From: Squalus acanthias
Lineage: Eukaryota
Direction: 5' to 3'
Length of the DNA stretch: 64,000 nt
Assembly (NCBI GenBank): GCA_030390025.1
Contig: CM059432.1
Span: 103,976,001 to 104,040,000, forward strand
Shown: in pieces, positions 1 to 11,975 of the stretch
Position numbering within the stretch: position 1 is the stretch's first letter
Layout: every line of letters starts with the position of its first letter
Made by a program: the position numbers and the translations under genes
Notes under the pieces: generated by a model
Databases searched by the model: none
Seen by the model: the letters and a program-made list of their open reading frames with translations, nothing else
What the model was told of the DNA's origin: nothing

Positions 1-377
1 TTCCCTCTCTTTATTTCACTTTCTTTACCTGATTTGACATTGAATTCATTATTCTAACTGACAATTTTCTGGTTCCATCTCTGCGCCACTCATTAACGCT
101 TCTTCAGTCTTATTGGTTAAGGAAACAGACAGGTGGCCTAGAAATTTGTCGCGGGCGGTGGCGCAAAACGGGCAGTACCATCCAAGATGAATTTCTAGCC
201 CCTAGTGGCCTACCCTGTTCACACAGGTCCTCGATGCCCTGTACAGGGCACTACGCTGAAATGGGTTTCTAATCACAGCAAATTCCAGTGCAAAACCTCA
301 TAAAAAGTCTGTGGGCAAGTGCAAGTTTAATGGACAGCTGATGCTACTCGTTCATCACTGACCGCAAAATCTGGCCC
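1..377. mobile_element. Right part of a PIF/Harbinger-type MITE, containing a 67-bp mini-MITE at 135-201
   Basis: Ends in AAAATCTGGCCC|aat, like other MITE termini in the window. The inner element has inverted ends GGCCTAGAAATT...AATTTCTAGCCC. Confidence 0.5.
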
Positions 378-409
378 AATATTGTTACTTTTTCTTCCTA
401 ATTTACTAT

Positions 410-1040
410 TTTTTAAATTTCTCTCTTCCTCTCCTGAAACCAGTGAATCTTACTGCAGTAATGCACAAATGCCAGCTACTATCTTTTACCTCACCTGAGT
501 GGCCATTTTTCTTGTGTGAGGCGAGGCAGGTAGTGTCAGGTGGCTATTTGACTACTCAGGGTGTCACAGCTGAGCCTGATCCTTCCCTCCCCTGACATCC
601 ACATAGATGTTCACTCCCAAACCCGCGACCTCTACCACCTAGAAGGACAAAGGCAGCAGGCGCATGGGAACACCTCCACCTCCAAGTTACACACCATCCT
701 GACTTGGAAATATATTGCCATTCCTTCATCATTGCTGGGTCAAAATCCTGGAACTCCCTCCCTAACAGCACTATGGGAGTACCTTCACCACACGGACTGC
801 AGCGGTTCAAGAGGGCAGCTCACCACCACCTTCTCAAGGGCAATTAGGGATGGGCAATAAATGCTGGCCTTGCCAGCGACGCCCACATCCCAGGAATGAA
901 TTTTTAAAAATGCACTTTCTAGCAGGGTCAGGTTATTGATCAGAAGCAGGAATTCTAGCTAATTTTCCCTTCCCTTGATCAGGAGTGAAGAGGCCAACCC
1001 TACCCACCAACCTGGCTGAGATCAGCTGGCTCAGCATTCG
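410..1040 (-). mobile_element. Old tRNA-derived SINE (LF-SINE-like), interrupted by a LINE 3' fragment
   Basis: Reverse complement resembles 16460-16800 (aaatagcc, gggaaggga aaa, gctgatctcagccagg). Family name is from recalled similarity only. Confidence 0.5.
612..910 (+). mobile_element. 3' end of CR1-group (Zenon-like) LINE
   Basis: Reverse complement of the 3' end of the 18398-22155 element (gggcaattagggatgggcaataaatgctggcctt...acatccc tail). Confidence 0.85.
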
Positions 1041-1425
1041 AACAGCTATATTCATTTCATTAAAATGACACATCTTTTTACAGCCATCATAAATCATTAC
1101 TTTCCATAATATACCTCACGCCCAGTCCTTATGTACTCTCCAGATACACTTTCTGCTGTTGACAATGAATGGGAAGAAAATCTCGCCCATAAATGCTGAC
1201 TCTACCGCACTTTACAACATGAATCATACCCCCCTTTTCTGTTGTGATTAAAATTTGTATTGAACAATCAGAGTTAACCAAAGATATCCTGTAAACATCA
1301 CAACATACTCAATCATTACAGGGCGATAAATTACAAAATTTATGTGCAGATTATAGAGAGAAAGTACACTAAACAGCAAAAAATAGATGAACTAAGTGCA
1401 GCAACAGAACTAGACAAGACACATT

Positions 1426-2185
1426 GGCCCAAAAATTCGGCCGTTCTCGGGTGAGTACTCAGTGCGTACTCACCCGTATTCGTTCCCGAAGTGCCGGTTT
1501 CCTGCATGCACTGCGCATGCGCGGGAAAACGCCACTTTATGGCGAAGGGGGCGGTTCCTAGGTGAACCGCGTGCGCACTAGAGGCTGCGCACACGCAGCA
1601 CACTTTGTTTTTTTTTCAGGTTTCAACGCGAGGGTAAGTATTGAAGATTCTACGCTAGTAAAAAGGAGGCGTAAGACCCCTTTTGAACAAGGTAAGTAGT
1701 TAATTAAGTATAATTTAAAAAATTTTCAACAGGTTTATCTTTTTTAGAGACTTTAAAGAAAGGTAAGTTTATTTTTATAACTTTTAAAAAGTATTTTAAT
1801 TTTTTCAAAAATTTTAATTTTTGTTTAAAGTGGTTAATTTATTTAACTATAGTTATTTTATTAATGTGATGGGTTTTTAAAAAAATTTATTTGAGGTTTA
1901 GCTGTTCTTTTGGGGCCAATTTCAATTCACAGATTTGACAGGTCTCCTGTCAAATCTATGAATGAAAGATGGTGTGCTGCCATTGGCTCTCCATGGCCCA
2001 CGTGATCCCAGGGGTCGCATCGCACTAACTGCGCCCCTGGGACATGCACACACTGCGTGCCGGCACTAGGGAGAGGCCCGGGACCCGAAGTTCCTGCGGG
2101 GGCAAACAAGGACGGCAGACGCGGTAGGTGATATCGCGCACGATCCTTACCCCCGCGGCAAGCCTCCGAATCGAATTTCTAGGCC
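1426..2185 (+). mobile_element. MITE family A copy 1 (PIF/Harbinger-type, non-autonomous)
   Basis: TIRs GGCCCAAAAATTCG / CGAATTTCTAGGCC and 3-bp TSD ATT. Homologous to 12752-13492 and 34729-35482. Confidence 0.85.
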
Positions 2186-2407
2186 ATTATCCTGGTGACT
2201 GCATGCAGTGCCATTCAAGTTTCATGAACAGAGTTCAACTATCTATTATATCATACTGAAAATAATCAACTGATAATTTAGTGTACATACCAGTGTGGTG
2301 ACCTCTTTCCATCTTATGGTCCATCTTCAGCAAATAAACATTACAAATTAACTTTTATCTTCTAATCCAGTCTTCCTCAATCATTCCTGCACTGGAAATG
2401 TTGCATT

Positions 2408-2635
2408 GTGCACTGGCCAATATTTATCCCTCAATCAACATTACTAAACAGATTATCTGGTCATTATCACATTGCTATTTGTGGGAGCTTGCTGTGCGCA
2501 AATTGGCTGCTGCGTTTCCTACATTACAACAGTGACTACACTTCAAAAAGCACTTCATTAGCTGTAAAGTGCTGTGGGATGTCCGGTGGTGGTGAAAGGC
2601 GCTATATAAATGCAAGTCTTTCCTTCTTTCTTTTT
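2408..2635 (+). mobile_element. 3' half of Deu-domain SINE with L2-type tail
   Basis: Matches 24715-24925 and ends in ggcgctatataaatgcaagtctttc. Confidence 0.85.
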
Positions 2636-3064
2636 TTATCAAGGATTCATCCATTACTTTCTAATTATCGAAGTTTATGTTATCACCCTTCTGTGTGCCT
2701 CTTTAAATACATCCACTGTTAAATCCCAAATTCTCCCTCCTTGAATTCTTTGTAAGCTTTTCCTGTTTGGTTTATTAGGACAATTCCTATTTATCTGTAT
2801 ACTTGCACAGTCTTTATAGAGAAAACATTCTGTGCCACATAATAGTTATCAAATTAATATTTCATGCTCCACTCCATAGATGCTATCCAAACATTCCACA
2901 ATATGTGATCATATTGTTCCTAAATCTATTTTTCTAACTCCCTAAAATCCAGTATTCCAACCTTAAGCAAATGCTAATCCTTAGGGTTGTTTATCTAAAC
3001 TGATCGATGCCAGTGTAAATGTCATAAATCTGCTACCCTAAACTATCCTTTTCTAGATTAATTC

Positions 3065-3290
3065 ATTTACAAAGGGGAGTGGAATTCTGGAAATCTCTCC
3101 TCCAAAAAATTGTTAAGGCTAGATAAATTTAAAATTTAAAAACTGAGATTGATAGATTTTTGCTTGGTAAGGGCATTCTGGGTTATGGAACCAAAGCGGG
3201 TAGATGGAGTTAAGATACAGATCAGCCATGAGCTAATTGAATAGCGGAACAGACTCAATGGGCTGAATGGCCTACTCCTGTTCCTATGTT
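3065..3290 (+). mobile_element. CR1 LINE 3' fragment
   Basis: Typical CR1 3' end (agatcagccatga...gaatggcctactcctgttcctatgtt). Confidence 0.85.
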
Positions 3291-3453
3291 GTTGTGTTCA
3301 TTATTGTATTGTTGTCCAGTATATGGTTAAATTTGCTCCAAGCTATAAATCTGGGTTAGGCATATGAGCCATTATTGGAAATTAGTAATACACTTCAAGA
3401 AGTGTGTGATGTTCAAAGACGAGGTGAAAAATGAAATTAACACATTGTTAATT

Positions 3454-4145
3454 GCCCCGATCTTATTTTGGAGGTGGGGAGGGGGTGCAGTTTTGCGGTC
3501 GGGAAACCCAGAAGAACGCATTTCCCTTAATGGCAGAACCTGATTACCATTTTATTGTCTCCATTCCCGGCCGCAGCCAGCCAGATTGAGAGGCTGGCTG
3601 GTTGTCGGGCGGGTAGGCCTTCAGCACCAGGCCATAGCAGGGGAGCGGAGCGGAGAAGAGGAAGGGAGGGATTGGAAAGACCGGGAGGGAGAAGATCGGA
3701 GGCCAGAGGGAAGATCGGAGGCCGGAGCAGGGGGGAGATCGGAGGCCAATGGGCAGATCGGAATGGTCGGGAGCGAAATTGGAAGAGTCAGGGTGGGCTG
3801 TCCGATCGTGGGGTGGGGTGGGTGAAGCAGGTAAGCTGGATCCAGCAGGTAAGTGGAAAGGCACTTACCTCCTGGATCCAGCAGTCATCGCCTCCCTTTA
3901 GCTGCTGGGTTTCCCGAGGCCCGGGAAACCTGGCTGGCCAGGGTTAAATTTAAAATGGTGGTTAAATATAAGGCACGCAGACTCATTATAATATTTAAAT
4001 GGACAACCCGCCTCCTGGGAGCAGGTTGGTTTGCCGCCTCCCATCCCACTTCCGTTAAAACCGGAAGTGGCGGGTTGAAGGCAGATTGGGGTCGTGATTC
4101 AGATTTTTTACATTTTTATGCCCCCATTGTATACCTCAAACATGC
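3454..4145 (-). mobile_element. MITE family B copy (GC-rich), opposite orientation to 15279-16249
   Basis: Homologous to 11562-11975 and to the reverse complement of 15279-16249. Has gatcgg-rich subrepeats and an internal palindrome at 3836-3881. Confidence 0.7.
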
Positions 4146-5949
4146 ATCAGTTTTAGTAGACACTTCATTGCAGATCAGGTTGGTAAATTCACCTAGTGTG
4201 TAAATTTCAGGTAATTATTTTGGACTTTAATAAATACAGAATAATACACTGAAGATGGCATTTGATGAATGGTAGAGCATTACTGTGGGGGAAACATGCT
4301 GGTATGCTGAGAAGATCAACTTCTGCTGATCCTTGAAGCTGGCATACTTTAGATTTTGGTTTGAATAATTAAATAGATCAGTTAATTGTGAAGGGAATTC
4401 AGTGAGACAGAGACGTGCTGATAGACTAAAGAAGTTATGCTTGACTGCTCCTTGAAGCAAGTGCATTTCAAGTTTAGGAGCGATAAATTAATTACACAGG
4501 ATAGTCCAGATTTTATTGAGGTAGTAATGACTGGTGAAGAACCAGATGTTTATGTTTCAAGGTGGTCTCCAGATGTCTGTGTAGATAGGTGGGCAACAGG
4601 CAGCAAAGAGAATGGATGAGGTTATAAAGGTACCAGGAAATGATGCAGCTCAACTAACCTAACTTAGTACAAAAAAAAACTAACCTAACTTTGTGTCTTA
4701 AATTTAAAGGGTTGAAAATCGCAGAAAGGGTTGGTTTGTGGTTGACGTTGTTACCGGTTCATCTCATAGTCATGGTTCATAATTGTCCTCTAATAGTTGC
4801 CAGAAGATGAACTGTGAACATGCACTAATGTAAACTGGTTATGCTTCAGAAAGATAATTATATTTGTTCAGCAAGGACAAAGTCTAGACTGATGAGCAGG
4901 TAATTTGTAGAATCTGGGGAAATGAAAAATTATATAAGATAGGTATGACAAATAGAGACAGAAGTTATACTTTGTAAACACTGTGCTAAAGAGAAGCATG
5001 ATTATGGTAAAGTTTCTCATAATAAAAGTATACAAATCCTTTCAAACTCTGTAGGAATGATATTACTCTAAACATTGCCTTTTTACACTTTACTTACTTG
5101 ACACAATGAAGCATTAAAATGGCATCTTCATACTAGGTGGTCTCAGAATTTCAATATGTAGGCAGAACCATAGTGTAAAATGGGAATTCATCCACAGCTG
5201 TTCAGACTGCAACAAAATAATAGTACAAAATTCACCCTTTTTATCTTATTACAGAAGTCAATGGTTAAAATAGAACTTATATTTATATATAAGAATAAAG
5301 AACAGGTTGAACAATGAGGTTGGTCAAGAATGTATGTTTTCCATAATAATTAGGATTTAAATTTTTATGAAAAATTAACTTACAACCACACTCACTTTTA
5401 TATAGCTCTTAAGTTCTGTAAAGTATGTCTTCTTTACAGTTAAAATTCTACTAAATCATTGTTTTTGATCCTTTATTGTCTTCATAGAAATGTTACTGCA
5501 TTTAAAAATAATATATGAATGAAACATAAAGATGGCTAAAGACATATTGGGACATAATGGGATCAGTGTGGATTTGTTTTGTGAATGTATTAAAGGAGTT
5601 GTGTTCCTCAGACAAAAATCACTAAAACTTTGGTTACTTGATCAGCAGATCTTGGCTGGCAATCTGTATTAAAACTTTTTCTTGTGGAGGGAGATTTTCT
5701 TAGTGTGCTGGGTTTAGCAAAATCGTAAACATGTTTAGAAAGAATGCATTTATAATTTCTCTACACCTAGTAAACAGAGGAAATCATCCCTTTTAAAGAC
5801 AGTTTATTGACATGCATTCTCCCAAACATTGTGAGGGCGACCATTTTGAAATCAAGGCTCCAAGGCAACCAGCCATGTTAACTGATGTAGCATTAAAGTA
5901 ATCTAAATTTTTGTTAAGAAACACAATCAGGATTTATAAAGTTGCTGAA

Positions 5950-6547
5950 TATATTGGTCTCCTTATTTAAGGAAGGATATACTTGCATTGGAGGCAGTTC
6001 AGAGAAGGTTCACTAGGCTGATTCCTGAGTTGAAGCGGTTGTCTTATGAGGAAAGGTTAAGCAGGTTGGGCCTATACTCATTGGAGTTGAGAAGAATGAG
6101 AGGTGATCTTATTGAAACATATAAGATTCTGAGGGGGCTTGACAGGGTAGATGCAGGGAGGATGTTTCCCCTCATGGGGGAATCTAGAACTAGGGGGCAT
6201 AGTTTCAGAATAAGGGGTCGCCCATTTAAAACAGAGATGAGGAGGAATTTCTTCTCTCAGAGGGTCGTGAATCTTTGGAATTCTCTACCCCAGAGAGCTG
6301 TGAAGGCTGAGTCATTGAATATATTCAAGGAGGAGATAGACAGATTTTTGAAAAACAGGGGAATCAAGGGTTATGGGGAGCAGGCAGGAAAGTGGAGTTG
6401 AGGCCAAGATCATAGAAAAAAAATAGGAGCAGGAATAGGCCATTCGGCCCTTCGAGCCTGCTCCACCATTCAATATGATCTTATTGAATGGTGGAGCAGG
6501 CTCAAGGGGCCGAATGGCCTACTCCTGCTCCTATTTCTTATGTTCTT
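5950..6547 (+). mobile_element. CR1 LINE 3' fragment with fold-back duplicated tail
   Basis: ORF 5988-6401 (VQRRFTRLIP...RRNFFSQRVVNLWNSLP) is the CR1 ORF2 C-terminus, followed by a CR1 tail. Confidence 0.95.
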
Positions 6548-7130
6548 AAAGAATTAATACATAATTTACAACAAATATACATTCCATTAAGGCACAAAAT
6601 CCCCACGGGAAAAGTGGTCCAACCGTGGCTAACAAGAAAAGTTAAAGATAGTATTAGATCAAAGGAAGAGACTTATAATGTTGCCAAAAAAGTAGTAAGC
6701 CTCAGGATTGGGAGAATTTTAGAATTCAGCAAAGAACTTGATAAGGAAAGAGAAAAAAGAATATGAGAGTAAATTAGCAAGAGACATAAAAACAGATTGT
6801 AAATGTTTCTATCGATATGTAAATAGAAAGACATTAGTGAAAGTAAATGTGGGCCCATTAGAGGCAGAGACAAGAGAAATTATAATGGGCAATAAGGAAA
6901 TGGCAGAGACATTAAACAAATACTTTGTAGCTGTCTTCACGATAGAAGACACAAAAAACATGCCGGAAATAATGGGGAACCAAGGGTCCAGAGAGAATGA
7001 GGAATTTAAAGAAATCAGTAGTACTAGAGAAATTAATGGGACTAAGTGGTGACAAATCCCCTGGACCTGACAACCTGCATCCTAGGGTTTTTAAAAGAGG
7101 TAGATGCAGAGATAGTGCATATACTGGTAT

Positions 7131-7730
7131 TAAAGTTAACATGCAGGTACAGCAAGCAATTAGAAAAGCAAATGGTATGTTGGCCTTTATTACAAGAGGA
7201 TTTAGTATAAGAGTAAAGACGTCTTACTGCAATTATATAGGGCCCTGGTGAGAGCACACCTGGAGTATTGTGTACAGTTTTGGTCTCCTTACCTAAAGAA
7301 GGATATACTTGCCAAAGGCCTATATTCCCTAGAGTTTAGAAGAATGAGAGGTGATCTCATTGAAACATACAAAATTCTTACAGGTCTTGACAGGGTAGAT
7401 GCAGGGAGGATGTTTCCCCTGGCTGGGGAGTCTAGAACCAGGGGTCACAGTCTCAGAATAAGGGGTAGGCCATTTAGGACTGAGATGAGGAGAAATTTCT
7501 TCACTCAGAGGGTGGTGAATCTTTGGAATTCTCTACCCCAGAGGGCTGTGGAGGCTCAGTCGTTGAGTATATTCAAGATAGATTTTTGGATATTATGGGA
7601 ATCAAGGGATATGGGGATAGTGCAGGAAAGTGGAGTTGAGGTAGAAGATCAGCCATGATCTTATTGAATGGCGGAGCAGGCTCGTTGGGCCGAATGGCCT
7701 ACTCCTGCTCCTATTTCTTATGTTCTTATG
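7131..7730 (+). mobile_element. Nested CR1 3' fragment with internal deletion
   Basis: HLEYCVQFWSPY...WNSLP plus CR1 tail. Host RT sequence resumes at taatcttccagaattcc. Confidence 0.9.
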
Positions 7731-7988
7731 TAATCTTCCAGAATTCCCTAGATTCTAGAACAGTCCCAAGGATTGGAAGGTAGCAAACATAACCCCGCTA
7801 TTTAAGAAGGGCGGAAGAGAAAAAAACGGAGAGCTATAGGTCAGTTAGCCTGACATCAGTAGTCGGCAAAATGCTAGAATCTATTATTAGGGATGTGGTA
7901 ACAGGGCACTTAGAAAATCATAATATGATTAGGCAGAGGCAACGTGGTTTTATGAAAGGGAAATCGTGTTTGAAAAATCTGTTTGAGA

Positions 7989-9424
7989 GTGGCGAATGTT
8001 GTTCCTCTCTTTAAGAAAGGAAATAGGAATGACCCTGGAAATTATAGGCCGGTTAGTCTTACTTCGGTGGTTGGTAAGATAATGGAAAAGGTCCTGAGGG
8101 ATAGGATTTATGACCATTTGGAAAGAGGCAACTTAATCAGGGATAGTCAACACGGATTCGTGAAGGGTAAGTCTTGCCTAACAAATTTGATTGAATTCTT
8201 TGAGGAGGTAACTAAGTGTGTAGATGAAGGTAGAGCAGTTGATGTCGTATACATGGATTTTAGTAAGGCGTTTGATAAGGTTCCCCATGGTCGGCTCATG
8301 AAGAAAGTAAGGAGTTGTGGGATAGAGGGAAATTTGGCCGATTGGATAAGTAACTGGCTATCTCATAGAAGGCAGAGGGTGGTGGTGGATGGAAAATTTT
8401 CGGACTGGAGACCAGTTACCAGCGGTGTGCCATAGGGGTCGGTGCTGGGTCCTCTGCTGTTTGTGATTTTTATCAATGACTTGGAGGAGGGGACTGAAGG
8501 GTGGATCAGTAAATTTGCTGATGACACCAAGATTGGTGGAGTAGTGGATGAGGTGGAGGGCTGTTGTAGGCTGCAAAGAGACATTGATAGGATGCAGAGC
8601 TGGGCCGAAAAATGGCAGATGGAATTTAACCCTGATAAGTGCGAGGTGATTCATTTTGGTAGGGCAAATTTGAATAAGGATTACAGGGTCAACGGCAGGG
8701 TTCTGAGGAACATGGAGGAACAGAGGGATCTGGGGGTTCATATCCACAGATCTCTGAAGGTTGCCACTCAAGTGGATAGAGCAGTAAAGAAGGCCTATAG
8801 TGTGTTAGCGTTTATTAACAAGGGGTTTGAGTTTAAGAACCGTGAGGTTATGCTACAACTGTACAGGACCTTGGTGAGACCACTTTTGGAATATTGTGTG
8901 CAGTTCTGGACAACCTCACTATAGGAAGGACGTGGAAGCATTGGAAAGAGTGCAAAGGAGATTTACCAGGATGCTGCCTGGTTTGGGGGGGAGGTCTTAT
9001 GAGGAAAGATTGAGGGAGTTAGGGCTTTTCTCTTTGGAGCGGAGGAGGATGAGAGGCGACTTAATAGAGGTTTATAAGATGATGAGGAGGATAGATAGAG
9101 TGGATGTTCAGAGACTATTTCCTCGGGTGGAGGTAGCTGTTACAAGGGGGCATAACTATAAGGTGCATGGGGGGAGATATAGAAGGGATGTCCGAGGTAG
9201 ATTCTTTACTCAGAGAGTGGTTGGGGTGTGGAATGGACTGCCTGCTGTGATAGTGGAGTCGGACACTTTAAGAACTTTCAAGCGGTTATTGGATAAGCAC
9301 ATGGAGCACATCAGAATGATAGGGAGTGGGATAGCTTGATCTTGGTTTCGGACAATGCTCGGCACAACATCGAGGGCCGAAGGGCCTGTACTGTGCTGTA
9401 CTGTTCTATGTTCTATGTTCTATG
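7989..9424 (+). mobile_element. Nested CR1 of a different subfamily (RT domain to tail)
   Basis: ORFs 7983-8435, 8442-8924 and 8896-9339 carry RT motifs (NYRPVSLTS, DFSKAFDKV, FADD). Tail is (TTCTATG)n. Confidence 0.95.
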
Positions 9425-10518
9425 TAACTGGTAGGATGGATAATGGGGAACCAGTGGATGTCGTGTATTTGGATTTTCAAAAAGCATTCGATAAGGTGCC
9501 ACACAAGAGGTTATTACACAAAATTAGGACTCATGGGATTGGGGGTAATATTTTAGCATGATTTGAGGATTGGCTAATGGACAGAAAAGAGAGAGTAGGA
9601 ATAAACAGGGCTTTTTTGGGTTGGCAGGCTGTAACTAGCGGGGTACCGCAAGGATCAGTACTTGGGCCTCAGCTATTTACAATCTATATTAATGACTTAG
9701 ATGAAGGGACTGAGTGTAACATATCCAAGTTTGCTGATGATACAAAGTTAGGTGGGAAAGTAAGCTGGGAGGAGGATGCAAAGAGGCTGCAGAGAGATAT
9801 AGACAGGTTGACTGAGTGGGCAAGAACATGGCAAATGGCATACAATGTGGGGAAGTGTGAAGTTATCCACTCTGGTAGGAAAAACAAAAAAGCAGAATAT
9901 GTTTTGAATGGTGAGAGACTGGGAAATGTTTGCATTCAGAGGGACCTGGGTGTCCTTGTACATGAATCACAGAAAGTTACAATGGGCAATTGGGAAAGCA
10001 AATGGTATGTTAGCTTTTGTTACAAAGGGATTGGAGTATAAAAGTAAAGAAGTCTTACTACAATTATATAGGGCATTGGTGAGGCCACACCTGGAGTACT
10101 GTGTACAGTTCTGGTCTCCTTACCTAAGGAAAGACATACTTGCCTTAGAGGGAGTGCAACGAAGGTTCACTAAATTAGTTTCTGGGATGAGGGGATTGCC
10201 CGATAAGGAGAGATTGAGTAGACTAAGCCTATAAGTTTAGAAGAATGAGAGGTGATCTAATTGAAACATATAAAATTGTTAAGGGGCTTGACAGGCTTAA
10301 TGCTGGGAAAATGCTTCCCCTGGCTGGGGAATCTAAAACATGGGGTCACAGTCACAGAATAAGGGGTCGGCCATTTAGGACTAAGATGAGGAGAAATTTC
10401 TTCACTCAAAGGGTTGTGAATCTTTGGAATTCTCTACCCTAGAGAGTTGCGGATGCTCAGTCGTTGGGTATATTCAAGACAGCGGTCGATAAATTTTTGG
10501 GAACTAAGGGATATGGGG

Positions 10519-10735
10519 GCCTTTAGCAGGTTCCAGCACGCAGGAGCCGAAATGGGTCCAACGCACAGGCGCCGAAGCCCGCTCCTGTGGGCCTAAAGAA
10601 CAAGCCTGTGGGATGCGATTAAAATGAGGGCCTGCGTGCTGGAACCCGCTCCAGCGGGACTGAGTGGCCTGCAACACCTGGTGCACAGCAGCCTCGAGAG
10701 AACCGCGCGGCCGTGCAGCTCTAGGGGGAACAATG
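10519..10735. mobile_element. 217-bp GC-rich insertion with 8-9 bp target duplication, probable hAT-derived fragment
   Basis: Flanked by (g)atatgggg at 10510-10518 and 10735-10743. Right end reads tagggggaacaatg and there is no matching left TIR. Confidence 0.6.
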
Positions 10736-10884
10736 ATATGGGGATAGTGCGGATAGTTGAGGTAGAAGATCAGCCATGATCTTGTTTAATGGCGGAGCAG
10801 GCTTGAAGAGCCAAATGGCCTACTCCAGCTCCTATTTCTTATGTTATTTTCTTATGTTCTTACTGAATGGCGGAGTAGGCTCGA

Positions 10885-11266
10885 AACATAGAAACATAGA
10901 AGATAGGAGCAGGAGTAGGCCATTCGGCCCCTCGAGCCTGCTCCGCCATTCGATGAGATCATGACTGATCATCCAAATTCAGTACCCTGTCCCTGCTTTC
11001 TCCCCATATTACCTTGATACCTTTAGCTTTAAGAAATATATCTAACTCAACCTTGAATATATTTAATGACTTCGCCTCAACTACCTTCTGTGGTAGAGAA
11101 TTCCACAGGTTCACCACTCTCTGGGTGAAGAAATTCTTCCTCATTTCTGTCCTAAATGGTTTACCCGTTATCCGTAGATTATGACCCCTGGTTCTGGACT
11201 CTCCGACCATCGCGAACATTCTTCCTGCATCTAGTTTGTCCAGACCTGTCAGAATTTTATATGTTT
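10885..11266 (-). mobile_element. Young CR1 3' fragment inserted antisense into a CR1 tail
   Basis: ORF 10959-11219 is almost identical to the C-terminus of the 42683-43264 ORF. Confidence 0.95.
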
Positions 11267-11561
11267 CGAGAGGCTGTATGGCTCCTAATTCTTAAGTTCT
11301 TATGTTCTTATTGATCCTGCTGTTTGTAAGTGCTAAAAGCATGCATTCCATGGAAATCTTATGCTAAAATTGAACCAGACAGCTCCTTTAAGAAAGTTGC
11401 ATAGCAGAATATTTTCAATTCTGCATCAGACCTATTTGAGGAAGCCTAAATGATAACAAAGATCATTATGAAAGGAATCACTTTCAAAGATTAAAGTAAC
11501 ATGCACAGAGTAAAGGGAAAAGGCGCTCATTAATTGACAAAAAGACATTATTAGAAACATC

Positions 11562-11975
11562 GTAGTGGGGATCAGGAAGAGCTGGGGGGTCGGTGATCGT
11601 GGGGTGATTGGTGATCGCGGGGGGAGATCGCAGCAGGGATGTTGGGGAAGATCGTGGCGGGGGGCGGCAGGTTACAGGCACTTACCTTATGGATCCAGCC
11701 CTTCCCGCCTTCTTTTACGTGACGGGTTTCCTGAGGCCAGGGAAACCCAGCCAGCAGCAGTTAAAAACAGAAACCTTGTTAAAATGGAGGCACGCAGGCT
11801 CCTTAAAAGGTTTCAGTGACCAATCTGCCTTCGAGAGCGGATTGGTTGCCCGCCCCTTGTCCCGCCTCCGTTAAAACCGGAAGTGGGTGGGTTGGATTCG
11901 GATTTGAAATTTTTAACATTTTAACTTCCCACCCAAACTAAACCCACCCATTTCTGAGGGGTTAAAATTACCCCC
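11562..11975 (-). mobile_element. MITE family B partial copy
   Basis: Homologous to 3700-4140 and ends in TTAAAATTACCCCC. Confidence 0.7.

Larger units (their letters stand above)
6548..11310 (+). mobile_element. 5'-truncated CR1 LINE hosting four nested insertions
   Basis: Collinear ORF2 pieces (6738-7100, 7731-7988, 9425-10518 with QGSVLGP and FADD RT motifs) resume after each insertion. Confidence 0.9.

Noticed and set aside
3544..3947. GC-rich ORFs (also 15780-16319)
   Set aside because: Low-complexity frames within non-coding MITE family B, not conserved between copies.
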